Virus record (IMG/VR): IMGVR_UViG_3300025924_000017
Location: 161,612-225,611 of that record
Reading direction: 5' to 3' (one strand)
From: a virus
Lineage: Duplodnaviria; Caudoviricetes
DNA length: 64,000 bases
This document shows, in pieces, positions 44,517-55,969 of this stretch. Under the pieces are notes generated by a model. It saw only the letters and a program-made list of their open reading frames with translations. It had not been told where the DNA came from and ran no database searches. Each line of letters begins with the position of its first letter. The stretch's first letter is position 1. A program made the translations under genes and the position numbers.

Positions 44517-45011
44517 TTAGCTGCCGCCACCTTGATCCGCCGTTGCGCTGTTGATCACGGGCTCGGCGGCCGTTGTGGGCGCGACCACGGTCGCGGGCGT
44601 GTCCGTGGCTGTCGTGACAGGCGCCACCACATCGGCGGCGCTCGGCGGCGCCGGGACTGGGGCAGGGCCGACCGGCTCCAGCGTGCCAGCGGCTTCCGCC
44701 AGCGGCGAGCCGACCTGCGCGGTCACGGTCACGACGTCGTCCGGGACGGGCATGTATTTCTCGTTGAACTTGTCGTTGCTGTAGACGTGGAGAACCATGC
44801 CGTCGAACACGAACCAGCTACCGCTTGTTGCAGTTGCAAAGCCACCGGTGCCGGGGACCTTCACATTGCCGACGAGATCGCGGTACGGGCTGATCGAGCC
44901 GCTGCCGGACGAATAGGCCTTGTAATTCTGGACGAAGGACGGAAGCTCTTTGATCTGTTGCCCGGTATACTGGACGGCTTCGACCGGCTGGCGAAGTTGA
45001 AACTTTGACAC
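44517..45011 (-). CDS. phage hypothetical protein with Pro/Ala/Thr-rich tail
   Basis: PVEAVQYTG...GSWFV...KFNEKY core, then low-complexity C-terminus. Confidence 0.6.
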   Translation of the reverse strand: MSKFQLRQPVEAVQYTGQQIKELPSFVQNYKAYSSGSGSISPYRDLVGNVKVPGTGGFATATSGSWFVFDGMVLHVYSNDKFNEKYMPVPDDVVTVTAQVGSPLAEAAGTLEPVGPAPVPAPPSAADVVAPVTTATDTPATVVAPTTAAEPVINSATADQGGGS

Positions 45012-45248
45012 GCTACTTGGTGCTCCTTGGTTTGATGAGGTAAACGACGATGAGAAGTGCGGCGATCACAAAGATCGCGGTTGGTTTCAGCCCGAAGATC
45101 AGGCCTTTGACGAGAAGAAGGACGGCGATGACCAAAGCCGTCGCCAAAATGGTGTACTTGATCCTGTCCTTCACTCCGGTCCCTTCGCTGTCCACGCCGG
45201 GGTTCTAGCGAAAGAGGGCCGTTTTGTCAACGCTTTATTGACGCCGTT

Positions 45249-45785
45249 TCAGGCGCGGGCGAGTTCCTCCATACGGGCATACTGACGCTGAAGCTCGTCC
45301 CACATCGATTCCGGGATATGGCCCTTAACCATGGCCTCAAACTTCTCCCGCTCGTTCAGGTACATTAGCAAATGCTTGATCGAAGGTTCGCCGTTCTTAC
45401 CGGGGTCGCAGATCGAGGTCTCGTGGTTGACGAGGCGGTCGGCGGTTTTGAGGATGCAAGCCGGAGGAAACAGCGCGCACTTGTCCGCGATGTTCTGGTT
45501 GCGCGTCTTGCGATTGTGTCCGATGCCGGTCACGCACCACACGAGAGCGCCAACGAAGTGACCGCAGCGCTCGACGAGTTCTTGCAGCGTGGTCTCGGTG
45601 TCCTCGATCAGGTCGTGTGTCCAGCCGCCTGCCTGATAATTGTAGTCGGTGAAACCGTGCATCGAGAGCTTCTGCGTCACACGTACGAGATGAAAATCGT
45701 AGTGGAGGTGTCCCGGAACGTATTCTTGGGTACCGTGGCGTTGTTTTGCGAACGCCGCCACGTCTTGGATCGGTGCAAATGTCAT
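45249..45785 (-). CDS. HD-domain hydrolase, SpoT/Mesh1-like
   Basis: AFAKQRHGTQ, YDFHLVRV, HDLIEDT, LKTADRLVN. Confidence 0.85.
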   Translation of the reverse strand: MTFAPIQDVAAFAKQRHGTQEYVPGHLHYDFHLVRVTQKLSMHGFTDYNYQAGGWTHDLIEDTETTLQELVERCGHFVGALVWCVTGIGHNRKTRNQNIADKCALFPPACILKTADRLVNHETSICDPGKNGEPSIKHLLMYLNEREKFEAMVKGHIPESMWDELQRQYARMEELARA

Positions 45786-46926
45786 GTCATGAATAGACGC
45801 AGATCACGACTATCGTGTCAAGAATTGCGGCTCTCGTAATTGCCGTGAGTAGGATTCCAAAAGCTTGGCATGCGTACGGCCGAGGTCCGTTAGCGCCGCG
45901 ATCAATTCATCGCGCGACAGGTCGGTGACTGGACGCCCTTCCCAGTAGGAGATCATCGGAGGATCAGGCGTGACCTGCTTGCGGGTACAGAACGGGCATT
46001 CCAGCGCTCCGACACCTTCGTAAGTTCGGGAACAGAAAACGCAGTAGATCGGTATTTGGAACCCCGCCATTTAGGCGCTCTTAACTGTGCACGTCGGACA
46101 CTGACACTGCCCGGCGCCGCACCACGGACAGGCGTCGCCTTCGCGTCCCCAGCCTCTATACCCACACCGTGTGCAGGCGCGTTGGACCATCGTCTCGGCC
46201 GCGTAACGTAGTGCGATCCGCAAAGACTCCACGTACAGATCACGCATTCGGAAACCAACTATCGGCGCGGTACTTGGTGGGCACTCTCTCTAACGAGAGC
46301 TTCCAAAACGTTTTTCCGCCATCTGGTGTGTGGATGCTCCCCGGCAGGCGCATGAGCCGCTTGCTTTCGCCGTTCACGTACCAGCCGACGTGAGCGTGCG
46401 GGAGACCGCTGTCGAACCAGAGTTCCGCTTCTTCCTCACCACGATCAGCCTCGGCACCGGCTTGCTTGCCGCGTAGAAACGCGAGTTCGATGGCGCCGAG
46501 TACAGAGCGATCAAAGCGGCCGGAGTTGTTCCACGGCTGGCAGAGGTCGGCGATTTCCGGAGTGCTTTTGTGAACCATCAGGACGCCTTCAGTCTGTATT
46601 TGTCTCGGTACGCCTGACGCCTCGCATCCGCACCACAGTTGCAGATCGTGTTCCAGTAGCCTTCCAAGGAACATCCGCTGACATGCATTGTGTCGCATTT
46701 ATCCTTGAGGCGCTGCATCCAATAGCGGAGGAATGCCTTGATTTCCGGAAGGCTTTTGTGAACCATCAGTGCCAATAGATCATCCGATAGATCGTCAATG
46801 GGCCGATCACGTAAGAGCGCGAACCGCCATCGAGAAAAACATCGCGTCGGAAGAACGACACACGCCAAAAGCGTTTGAACCAGCCCCAATCCCACTCCGG
46901 GTAGGTTTCGAAATGATGGTCGCGGT

Positions 46927-48057
46927 TCATGGCTCAGATTCCAGACCCAGCGCACGCTTGAAATTCGGTTCCTGCCAGCCCGGCGGCTTCAGAACCTTCC
47001 CGTCCGCACGCTTCAACACCTTGCCGGTCGCCGGGTCCTTCTTCGCCATGTTGGAGTCCTGAACTTCATCCCAGCAGTCGTCGCCCGGAATGCCCCAGTG
47101 CAGCATCGCGCCGACTGTGACGTACAGAATATCGGTGAGCGCGTCGGCGATCTTGCAGATGTCGCCAGCCTCCACCCAAAGCTTCAACTCGTCGAATTCT
47201 TCCGCGATCAAATCGATACGAAGATCGGACTCCGCTTTGTCGATCAGTTGTGGCGTGTAGCGCACCGGTTGATCCATCGCGATATGAAATGAGCCGACAT
47301 CGTGAAGCAGTAGAGCGAGGCCGTTTGCGGCGGCGCGTTTATAGCGCCGGTGCAGGTCCCGCTTGGCGCGTTCCACGGCAAGAGTCTGCTTGAAGCCGGG
47401 ATGCATGGCTTCAAGGTGTTCGATCAATTCGTCGATGCCGCAGGACTGTGCGTCTTCCGGGACATATGCTCCGCCGAGACGGCTGACTTGACCGTGTGCG
47501 CGATCTGGCGATTCGGCGACCGCAGGTGCGACGAGAGCCGGAGGCTGCTCGGAGGCTTCCTTCACGATTGGCGTGAAGGCTTCCTTGCCGTCCACGATGG
47601 TCATCGTATGCGTCGGCGGGTGTGCAGGGTTGTGTCGTGTATAGTACGGGCCGCCGTCGAGCCACGCTCCGTTCGGTGCGCCGACGTTGTTATGCACAGA
47701 TCGCGAGCACAGGAACTTCCCCGGCGATTGCTCGATGGCAGGAAATTTCGCATCTCGAATCTTCTTTGCGTTGAAGATGCGGAGATCGTCGGTATTGATC
47801 GGATTGCGATAGAGTCCGAAATACTGATCGTAACCCAGCTTCTTCTCGCGTTCATTCAACTTCGGACGCCAGAACACGAGGTACGGGCCGTCGCCGATCC
47901 CGGGGATCGAGTAGTAGCCGACGTATTGCGCCTTGTAGTGCTTCTCGGCTTTTTTGACGTCGATGCCGCCGACGACAAAGGCTTCAGAGGTTTTCTTCGC
48001 CGTCTCGGGCTTCTTCGGAGAACTTTTTGTACGCGACTTGGATTTCGGTGCAGGCAT
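46927..48057 (-). CDS. two-domain protein: phage N-terminal domain fused to a DR2231/PRA-PH-like NTP pyrophosphohydrolase
   Basis: C-terminal LIAEEFDEL, DALTDILYV, EVQDSNMAK, DGKVLKP; N-terminal domain with LDGGPYY; ATG 48057 chosen as start. Confidence 0.82.
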   Translation of the reverse strand: MPAPKSKSRTKSSPKKPETAKKTSEAFVVGGIDVKKAEKHYKAQYVGYYSIPGIGDGPYLVFWRPKLNEREKKLGYDQYFGLYRNPINTDDLRIFNAKKIRDAKFPAIEQSPGKFLCSRSVHNNVGAPNGAWLDGGPYYTRHNPAHPPTHTMTIVDGKEAFTPIVKEASEQPPALVAPAVAESPDRAHGQVSRLGGAYVPEDAQSCGIDELIEHLEAMHPGFKQTLAVERAKRDLHRRYKRAAANGLALLLHDVGSFHIAMDQPVRYTPQLIDKAESDLRIDLIAEEFDELKLWVEAGDICKIADALTDILYVTVGAMLHWGIPGDDCWDEVQDSNMAKKDPATGKVLKRADGKVLKPPGWQEPNFKRALGLESEP

Positions 48058-49453
48058 GAAACTAGATGTTCTTTTCTTCAGCTTTTGATGGATTTGGGGC
48101 GTCGATGTCGTAGGGTACGAGGTGCCCTTCGGCATCTCGTGTCTCCATGATGTTGGTGCCACTGACCCTGAACGGAGCGATATTGTGCCCAGCGACATGG
48201 AGCCAGACGACGCCCGTTCTGGCGATCTCCACCCGTTCATCCTCGGTCAAGGTCCAGCAAGTGATGACGCCTTGATCGTAGATGTGAGCGGGGAGTTCGG
48301 GGACGATCTTCTCTAAGCCGCTCGGCGGTTTGAGAAGCGAATTCCTACCGTGAAAGTCCCGTGGTGTCGCCATTGTTCGGTGTGTTGATCTGCCGTGCGA
48401 GGTCGAGAAGACGCTGGGCAACTTCGGGGACGTACTTCTCGGAGCACGTTGCGGAGATCGTCAGGCCGGGGCGCAGAAGAGGCGCCCCGATGGCGACGAC
48501 ATGCGGGGTGTTGAGCGGTTTCATGACGCGCCTGCGAGGAAACGACGACGCATTTTGACCACATCGGTAGCGACGTTGTTGGCTGGCACATTGAACAGGT
48601 CTGCGACCATGCGGACTGTGAGGTAGCCGGTCAACGTTTCCACCGAATCAGTGGAATATGGAAGGACCTTCTGCGCAATCCATCGGACTGCTTTGCGGTA
48701 ACGGGTCATGGGTGCGTTACTGCGTGACGAGACCGAGCCACAGCGCCCAGCCGTGGATAATCCCGACCGGCGGGATGACGCTGACCGCGAGCACGATCCA
48801 TTCGTTCGGCTTGTCGTTGAGATGCTGGAACGAGAAGATCAGGCTGTGGACCCACGCGCAGAAATTGACGATGATCAGCGTGATCCAAGCAAGGGCGCCG
48901 AAGCAGCCGAAACGGACGAGAAGGCGAGACATATGGAGTTTGAGGTCCTCTGGTTGGTGATGTTGATCTAACGGGGTGATTTGCGAAACGCGAGGAGGCC
49001 AACGAGCTTCCCGAGTGCGGTCACCAGAATGACCAACAGGATTGCGGGCCAGACAATGACCTGAGTTCCGGCTTCAACGTCAGAGTCGGGATGTGTGATC
49101 TTGGTGGCGATACCAAGCCACACAACAACGCAGCCGATACCGAGCCAAAGGAGGATACCTGCAATCACAGCTAATCGAACCTTACTGTCGTAGCCTTGAA
49201 CAGGAGCCCCGAACAAACCACGCCGGTAACCGTATCGCCTCTCATGTTCTTGGCTGTGAATTTGGTCGCGTACCAATCGTCCCCACACTTGAACCACGAT
49301 GTGTCGCCGACTGTGATGGGCGTCAGGTTATCAGCGCGGAGTGCCCTTGTTGCTTCGGGAACGTTGGTCCAGCCGAAGATCAGCGATGCGAGCAGCCAGC
49401 CGCAGAAAACAACACCCAGACCGATCAAAGAGGTCGCGTAATCGTCGTCCATT

Positions 49454-50704
49454 CTAACCTTTCACACAGAGAACTTGGCGCAACGTGTGTCGAACCTTCA
49501 CAAGATCAGCCTGTGCAGCCATGACCGCGTCGATGTCCTTGTAGGCGCCGGGCGTTTCGTCGATCACATCGGCGTCCTTGCGGCACTCGATGCCTTCGGT
49601 CGCCTTGATGTGATCTTCGAGCGTGAACCGGCGCTTGGCTTCCGTGCGCGACATGCGACGACCGGCGCCGTGCGAGCACGAACAGAACGAATCCCGGTTG
49701 CCCAGACCCTCGACGATGAACGACTTCGCTCCCATTGAGCCGGGGATGATGCCGAGTACGCCTTCGCGCGCGCAGACGGCGCCCTTGCGCGTAACCCAGA
49801 CGTTCTTGCCGAAGTGCTGTTCGCGGGTCGCATAGTTGTGATGACAGTTGATCGACTCCTCGTCGCACGAAAAGGGAATCGAGATCGTGTTGCGCAGTGC
49901 GGTGAGAGCCGCCTGCATCATCACGGCGCGGCTTGTCAGCGCGAAGTCCTGCGCCCACGTCATCGCCTCGATATAGTCGTCGAAGTGCTTCGTGCCTTCC
50001 GGCAGGTACGCGAGGTCCTTGTCCGGCAGGTTGATGAACCACGTCTTCATGTCCTGCTGGGCAAGCTCGATGAAGTGCTGACCGATCTGGTTGCCGATCC
50101 CGCGAGAGCCGGAGTGCAGCATGACCCAGACGCGGTCGTCCTGATCGAGGCAGACCTCGACGAAGTGGTTGCCGGTGCCGAGCGTGCCCATGTGACGGAC
50201 GCAGCGATCCGCATTGGAGCGGAGGCGCTTGGAATCTTGTTTGTCCACGATCTGACGCAACCGCCCTTGTAGGGACGGAGAGAAAGCGTGTCCGTTGTCT
50301 CCGCACTCGAAGGCCGCTGCTGCGACTTTCGGAATCTCACCCCACGCGCCTCGATCATTGTCGCCGCCGTTGTCGGTGCGGCCGTGGGGGATCGCGCGCT
50401 CGATTGCCGCGCGAATGTGTCCGAGAGAATCCGGGAGATCGTTCGCCGTCAGCGACGTGCGGACCGCGTTCATGCCGCAGCCGATGTCCACGCCGACCGC
50501 AGCCGGGATGATTGCGCCGAGCGTCGGGATTACGGTGCCAACCGTCGAACCCATGCCCTTATGGGCGTCGGGCATCACAGCGATATTCTTGAAGACGAAC
50601 GGCATCGTCGAGAGATTGAGAAGCTGCTTCTGCGCTTCCGCCTCAAGCTCTACGCCATCGATCCATGCCTTGATCGGCACGTTCTTGCCTTCGAAAACCT
50701 GCAT
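49454..50704 (-). CDS. rtcB: RtcB 3'-phosphate RNA ligase
   Basis: MPDAH, AVGVDIGCGM, GTLGTGNHFVE, LHSGSRG, HHNY, HGAGR, DETPGAYK. Confidence 0.96.
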   Translation of the reverse strand: MQVFEGKNVPIKAWIDGVELEAEAQKQLLNLSTMPFVFKNIAVMPDAHKGMGSTVGTVIPTLGAIIPAAVGVDIGCGMNAVRTSLTANDLPDSLGHIRAAIERAIPHGRTDNGGDNDRGAWGEIPKVAAAAFECGDNGHAFSPSLQGRLRQIVDKQDSKRLRSNADRCVRHMGTLGTGNHFVEVCLDQDDRVWVMLHSGSRGIGNQIGQHFIELAQQDMKTWFINLPDKDLAYLPEGTKHFDDYIEAMTWAQDFALTSRAVMMQAALTALRNTISIPFSCDEESINCHHNYATREQHFGKNVWVTRKGAVCAREGVLGIIPGSMGAKSFIVEGLGNRDSFCSCSHGAGRRMSRTEAKRRFTLEDHIKATEGIECRKDADVIDETPGAYKDIDAVMAAQADLVKVRHTLRQVLCVKG

Positions 50705-51326
50705 TGCCTCTAACCGAATGTCACGAACGGCGACACGTAGACCACGCTATGTCGTGGATGTCAACAATTCACGGATCGCCGCCGCCTGTATTTTTGCGGC
50801 GTCCGAACTGTTGCGGTCGCCGTAGCTGAGGCGGTCGAAGAGATCGGCTGTATCGTGTAGGAGAGCTTTCAAGGAATTGGCTGTACGTCTGTGCTTCGGA
50901 ATTCGCTCTGCGTCGGAGGGTGCGCACGCAGGCCGGTGTCCCAATGACACCACGTTCGAAGACGTCACGCCGCTTTGTTGAGAGCTTTGGCGCTCATGTC
51001 GAGTTGTTGCGTGATCTGGGTGGTGGCATCGTTGCACGCCGCTTCGAGTTCGCGGAGCGCTTTGACGACTCCGTGAGGTAGGAGGGAGTGATCGAGGGCG
51101 AGGGTGCCATTGGCTTGGGCCGCCAGTCCGTGCGCCTGATCTGCGATGCGCGACGCCAAAAGACGCGCTTTGACCTGCGCCTCTCGCATGATGTCCGCAA
51201 TTGCGCGGATTTCCAACTGCGCATTGGTGGGTGAAATAACGGGGTCGGGGGTCATCGGCTGCCTCTATGTGTCGTCAATCGCGACACTATGGCGGAGACT
51301 GTCGTAAGTCAAGACAGTCTCCCCAG

Positions 51327-52058
51327 TCAGCTTTCCTTCGCCCTCGGGAGTGCCTTTTCGGTCACGGCGTCCGCCAGATTGCGGCCGAAAGTTTTCGGAT
51401 CGAAGCCTGCCTCCAATGCGGCGGTGAGCCGGTCGCCCAGAGCACGTTCGCCAAGCCGCGCCATCGCGTAATCGATGTGCGCATCGACTTCAGCCTTGGC
51501 GCTCTCCACGGCGATCTCGATGGCCTCTTCGGCTTTCTGAGCAACGAAGCTCGTGTTCTCGGCGATGTCCATGTTGGCGTGGTAGAGTAAGTCCTTGAGC
51601 TTCGACAGGTCGCCTTTCTTGACCGGGCCACCGGCGAGCAGTCGCTCGCATTCCGCCAGCGCCGTCTTGACCTTCGCCGCAGCTTCCTTGGCCTTGACGT
51701 CGATTTCGCCAGAGAATGTCTTGTGATCGGCGATGTGCTTCTCTGGAACCTTCGGATTCTGTTCGACGCCGGTGAGAGGATCGCGATAGTAGTCCAACGT
51801 GCAGGGGACGCCTTCGGTGTTTGGGGTCGAGATCAGCCGCGCGAACTGCACCTCGGACAGATGTATGGTAACGATTTCCCTGTCGGCGAATACCCAGTCG
51901 TTCGAAAGCTCGCGCCGGAGACCCGCCGTCGAGATTTTAAGCTCGATGAAGTGCTGCTGGGGGTAATCGACCATGAAAAGGTTGGACCGACCGCTGACAT
52001 GAGCGATCCGGATTTTGCCGAACGCGGGATGCTTTGTGTTCTCTACGTCGTCTGTCAC
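51327..52058 (-). CDS. conserved phage hypothetical protein
   Basis: HPAFGKI...VSG...LF...HFIEL.I..A...R.LSNDW pattern; 243-aa ORF. Confidence 0.65.
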   Translation of the reverse strand: MTDDVENTKHPAFGKIRIAHVSGRSNLFMVDYPQQHFIELKISTAGLRRELSNDWVFADREIVTIHLSEVQFARLISTPNTEGVPCTLDYYRDPLTGVEQNPKVPEKHIADHKTFSGEIDVKAKEAAAKVKTALAECERLLAGGPVKKGDLSKLKDLLYHANMDIAENTSFVAQKAEEAIEIAVESAKAEVDAHIDYAMARLGERALGDRLTAALEAGFDPKTFGRNLADAVTEKALPRAKES

Positions 52059-52849
52059 TCTTCTGTGTCCTTCCTTAGTGCTTGGACCAGCGCTTCCGCA
52101 AAGTCCTTGCAGTAAGCATCATAGGCCGCCCTCACAGACGGCAATGATGCATGTTGCCTGATTTTGTCGAACGTACTCCAGAGCGAACGCTCTATCTTAT
52201 GAAAACTCTCGAAGACCGGAGCGGAAAGAATCTCTCGGGCGGCGTTCTCGCAGAAGCCGGTCGCCGAGACAAACTGATGCCATCCTTCTGCGTTCAATGC
52301 GCGCTTATCGCCTCCCAGTTTCTTGAATAGGCCTGTTGCTTCGCTATCCCAGCCCAGACGTTTCAGGTTTACGCTTGTGACGTGTCGGGACATTACGCTG
52401 CTGGTCCTGCACTCATTGCACCAAAAACTTCACGGAGCCCTCGGCGACATATCGCGCCACGTCTTCCTCGGTCAGGCGCTCGGCCGTCGCAGCAATATCA
52501 CCATCGAAGCGTGACGCGACATCCAGAATTGCCCGGACCTTCCAGCGCTCCGCCGTCTTGACCGGCAAAAGATGCGCGACCGCCCAAGCATTCTCGGCTG
52601 TCTCCGAGCGCGCCAGTCCGCGACCGCCACCCGGCAGGTATACCAGATAGGGCACGCCGTGGAGGAGGTGGATCGGGCCTGCGAGTTGTCTCATCGTGGC
52701 GCCGTATAGCACCGGCAAATCGATTTGTCAACACTTGAGGTACAGAAACCACGACAACGAAGATTTCATCATTTATGATCTTGACGGAAATGTGTCAGGA
52801 TGTCAGATATCCGGACAAGGGTGGGCAACGATGAGAGGACGCTGTCAGC

Positions 52850-53257
52850 ATGGATCGTGATTGGTCCCAAGTGGAACTGGATACTCTGCGGTTGCATTGG
52901 AAAACGTCAGCGTCTAGCGCCGAAATAGGCGTCATGTGTGGAGGCCGAACTGCCTCTGCGGTCATTGCAAGAGCCGCCCGGCTCAAACTCGGCCCGAAAA
53001 CAAAGGCGAAACGGGCGCCAAGTTTCATCCCAGCCATCACGCTTAGACCGGTGGTTCATATCCTGTCGCCCGAGATCGTGGAACTTCCCGTCAACCAGAT
53101 CGGCGTCTCGCTGGAAGACCTCGAAGACAATATGTGCAACTGGCCCGTATCCCCGGAATATGCACGTGACGTCTCTTTCTGCGGCGAGAAGTGCGAAGGC
53201 CGTTACTGTGCGGAACACACCAAACTCGCCCATCAGCCGAAACGGCGCGCCGCCTAA
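52850..53257 (+). CDS. gcrA: GcrA cell-cycle regulator homolog
   Basis: N-terminal DWSQVELDTLRLHW..SASSAEIG...RTASAVIARAARLKL; C-terminal LEDLEDNMCNWP...FCG...YCAEH..LAHQP. Confidence 0.88.
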   Translation: MDRDWSQVELDTLRLHWKTSASSAEIGVMCGGRTASAVIARAARLKLGPKTKAKRAPSFIPAITLRPVVHILSPEIVELPVNQIGVSLEDLEDNMCNWPVSPEYARDVSFCGEKCEGRYCAEHTKLAHQPKRRAA

Positions 53258-53321
53258 CGAAGTGTTGACATTCACGACATTCGATGATTGATTGTCGTAG
53301 AACACGACAATCACTCCTTGG

Positions 53322-53777
53322 ATGGATATGACGCCCGACGAACTCAAAGGCCGCATCGCGCAGGTCCGTGCAGCACATCGAGAAGGCCTTCTGGCCTTGC
53401 GGCTTCCGGTAGAGGACCTGTGTTTCTTCGCAGACCTCGCCGACAAGAACTTCCCGGCCGCGCACGCCTTCACTGACAACGACAAGGCAATCTACGATCA
53501 CACGAAATTGCCTGCGTTCGTTCGGTCCTTCCTCGCGATCAATAGCCTGAGCGCCGTCTGCACGGTGGCGATTCGCGAGGCCGGACATATGCCGAAGCTC
53601 TTTGCGCGGTATCACGGCACGCCTGTGCAAGTGACCTTGGTTTCCCGGCTGGGAGATGTCGGCATTACCACCGACCTGAGCCGAGAGCGCGGATATGACG
53701 AGCGCGTCTCGATCTTCGACCTCGACTGTTTCTCGCAGACGCCGCTCCAGCCGCACACCGAGGAGGACGGCGCATGA
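53322..53777 (+). CDS. hypothetical protein with conserved phage C-terminal domain
   Basis: LFARYHG..V.VT.VSRLGDVGITTDL...GY..RV pattern; downstream of the promoter at 53265. Confidence 0.6.
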   Translation: MDMTPDELKGRIAQVRAAHREGLLALRLPVEDLCFFADLADKNFPAAHAFTDNDKAIYDHTKLPAFVRSFLAINSLSAVCTVAIREAGHMPKLFARYHGTPVQVTLVSRLGDVGITTDLSRERGYDERVSIFDLDCFSQTPLQPHTEEDGA

Positions 53778-54255
53778 GCCCGTACATCACCAAATCGATG
53801 ATATGGGCCGCAAGTGGCGGTGTGTTCGCACTGATCTTCCACATGTGCGGTTCTGATCCTCTCGCCTACACGGCAATCGCTTTCGGAGGTATTGGCGGGT
53901 TCGTCCAACTGATGCGCGAGATTTGGTAATGACCAACCCGATGAAATGGTTCTTCGGCGGCGTCTTGATCGTTTTCCTCGACGCCGCCTTCACCAAACGC
54001 GGAATCATCGACGATCCGCAATGTCAGTTCGGCGGTCTCGTTTTCATTCTCTGCTGCATCGTGGCGGTTTGCTCATTCATGGCCGACAACGCCCGACGCG
54101 ATGAGGACGCACGCAGAGCCCGAAAGGACAAGAAGTGATGCCCACGACCGACGAAATCCTGCTCGAAGAAATCATCAGCACGCTTATCGCGATGGGATAC
54201 TCGCGCGACGAGGCTGAAGAATACGCCCCCGACATGCTGGAGCCCGCTGGCACCC

Positions 54256-55035
54256 ATGGATAACGTCGTGCGCATGCCGCAAGGCCCCAACGACTTCGCG
54301 TTCTACGTTGACGCGGACGGTGTGCTCGTCGATTACGATGCCGCGATCCGCGCGCTCGGTTTCGATATCGATCCGGCGTACAAGCTCAAGCTGAATCGCT
54401 CGGAGACCGACGATCCGTTCAAACGTACCATGTACGAGGCGATCAAGGGCACCGAGTTCTTCTTCGAGGCGCCGATCCTGAAAGGCGCAATCCGCCTCTG
54501 GAAACACATCGAATGGTCCAGACCCATCGTCCTCACGGCGGCGCCGAAGTTCGGCGCGTCGGAAGACGACTACCATCTCGATCCGCACTGGCTTGGTGCT
54601 GCCTACCACAAACGCCGTTTCTTCGAGGAGAAGTTCCTCCCGGAGGTGCGTGGACCGGTGCAGGTGCGTCTACCCACAGGGACGCACAACGCGATCCTCG
54701 CCCGCGTTCCGCTTGAAGACGACCGCTTCATCTGTGCGACCAGCGCATCGAAATGGCGCTTCATGCAACGCAAGCGCGCGCTGCACCAAATCCTGATCGA
54801 CGACCGCCCAGCCAACTGCATCGCGTGGGCAAAAGCGGGCGGCTTTGCCATCGTTCATCGTGGTAACGCACAGGACGTTATGGATCGCATCGACTGGTAT
54901 CGCCAGTCACACCACGATATCAAGGACATGATGCCCGATCCTGCGGTTGGAGGCGGTGCAGTCGCCGGGTTGCCGGAACACGATCTGATGATCTACCCAA
55001 CAGCCGGATCGGTCGATCAGTGGAGCGCAGAATGA
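54256..55035 (+). CDS. HAD-superfamily 5'(3')-deoxyribonucleotidase-like protein
   Basis: YVDADGVLVDY (DxD motif I), LTAAP (II), ILIDDRPANC (IV), W...GG.AI.H. Confidence 0.8.
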   Translation: MDNVVRMPQGPNDFAFYVDADGVLVDYDAAIRALGFDIDPAYKLKLNRSETDDPFKRTMYEAIKGTEFFFEAPILKGAIRLWKHIEWSRPIVLTAAPKFGASEDDYHLDPHWLGAAYHKRRFFEEKFLPEVRGPVQVRLPTGTHNAILARVPLEDDRFICATSASKWRFMQRKRALHQILIDDRPANCIAWAKAGGFAIVHRGNAQDVMDRIDWYRQSHHDIKDMMPDPAVGGGAVAGLPEHDLMIYPTAGSVDQWSAE

Positions 55036-55969
55036 AGAGGCTTGAGGCAAATCCCGTTCAATTGGTTTTCTCATCCACGGCTGCGGGTCTCAGTTTCGCT
55101 GCCTACCGCGTCGCGGACGTGCTGGATGGGGTGCCATCCGACATCCAATTCCACCTGACGTACGACAACACCATCTACGCACTGGTGCCCGAACGGATCG
55201 CCGACAAGTTCTGCGATTTCTTAGACGAGGTTCTAGGGAACAATGACTTTGTCGAGAGTGTCACGCGTGTCTCGGCCGATTACAGTTTTCTCAGATACAC
55301 GTTACCGAATGGGCAGATCGAATACCAAATTCGAGCGGGCGACATCGTGCTCGCCGTTATGCTGAGCGGCATGGCGCGCTTGTTCTACACCATGGTGCGA
55401 AAAGTGATCCCGAAGCCTATTCAAGCAGTTCCGCATCTCAAAGACTTCCCTCCACCCGCCGCCGCCGAACCGTCAGCGAAGAAGCGTCGCATCAAATGCC
55501 CGGCGCCGCAGAAGAAGACGAAATCGAAGAAACTAAAGCGGAAGAAGAAGTGATCGAAGCCGCCATCGTCACAAACTCCGCCACGCCGGTCGTCAAGCTC
55601 GCTCTTGGCGACGAGCGCTTCGTCGAGTTCAAAGACATCGACGAATTCGCCGACTGGCTCAACGCCTTGAATGTGCTCATGCAGGGTCACAAGGCTGACC
55701 TAGCCTTTGCCGCATTCGAGGGTTTGAAGCGTCACATCGCCGACAGGATGGTCGAATACCTGCGCGACGAACTCCGGGCCAAGGCCGGTGACCGCGCCGC
55801 TGATGCATTCCCCGACGACGCGATCTTTCGCGGGCAATGGCTCATTGACTTCCGCATGTCGCAAGACGATCCGAGCAAGCTCCAGTTCCTCCTCGAATCG
55901 CACGTCAAAGCGCTGATCGTGACGCTCTCCGGGTGCATTGCCGAAGGTCATGACGAGACAACATACTGA
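55032..55969 (+). CDS. two coupled hypothetical ORFs (55032..55553, 55550..55969)
   Basis: ATGA and GTGA overlaps. Confidence 0.55.
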
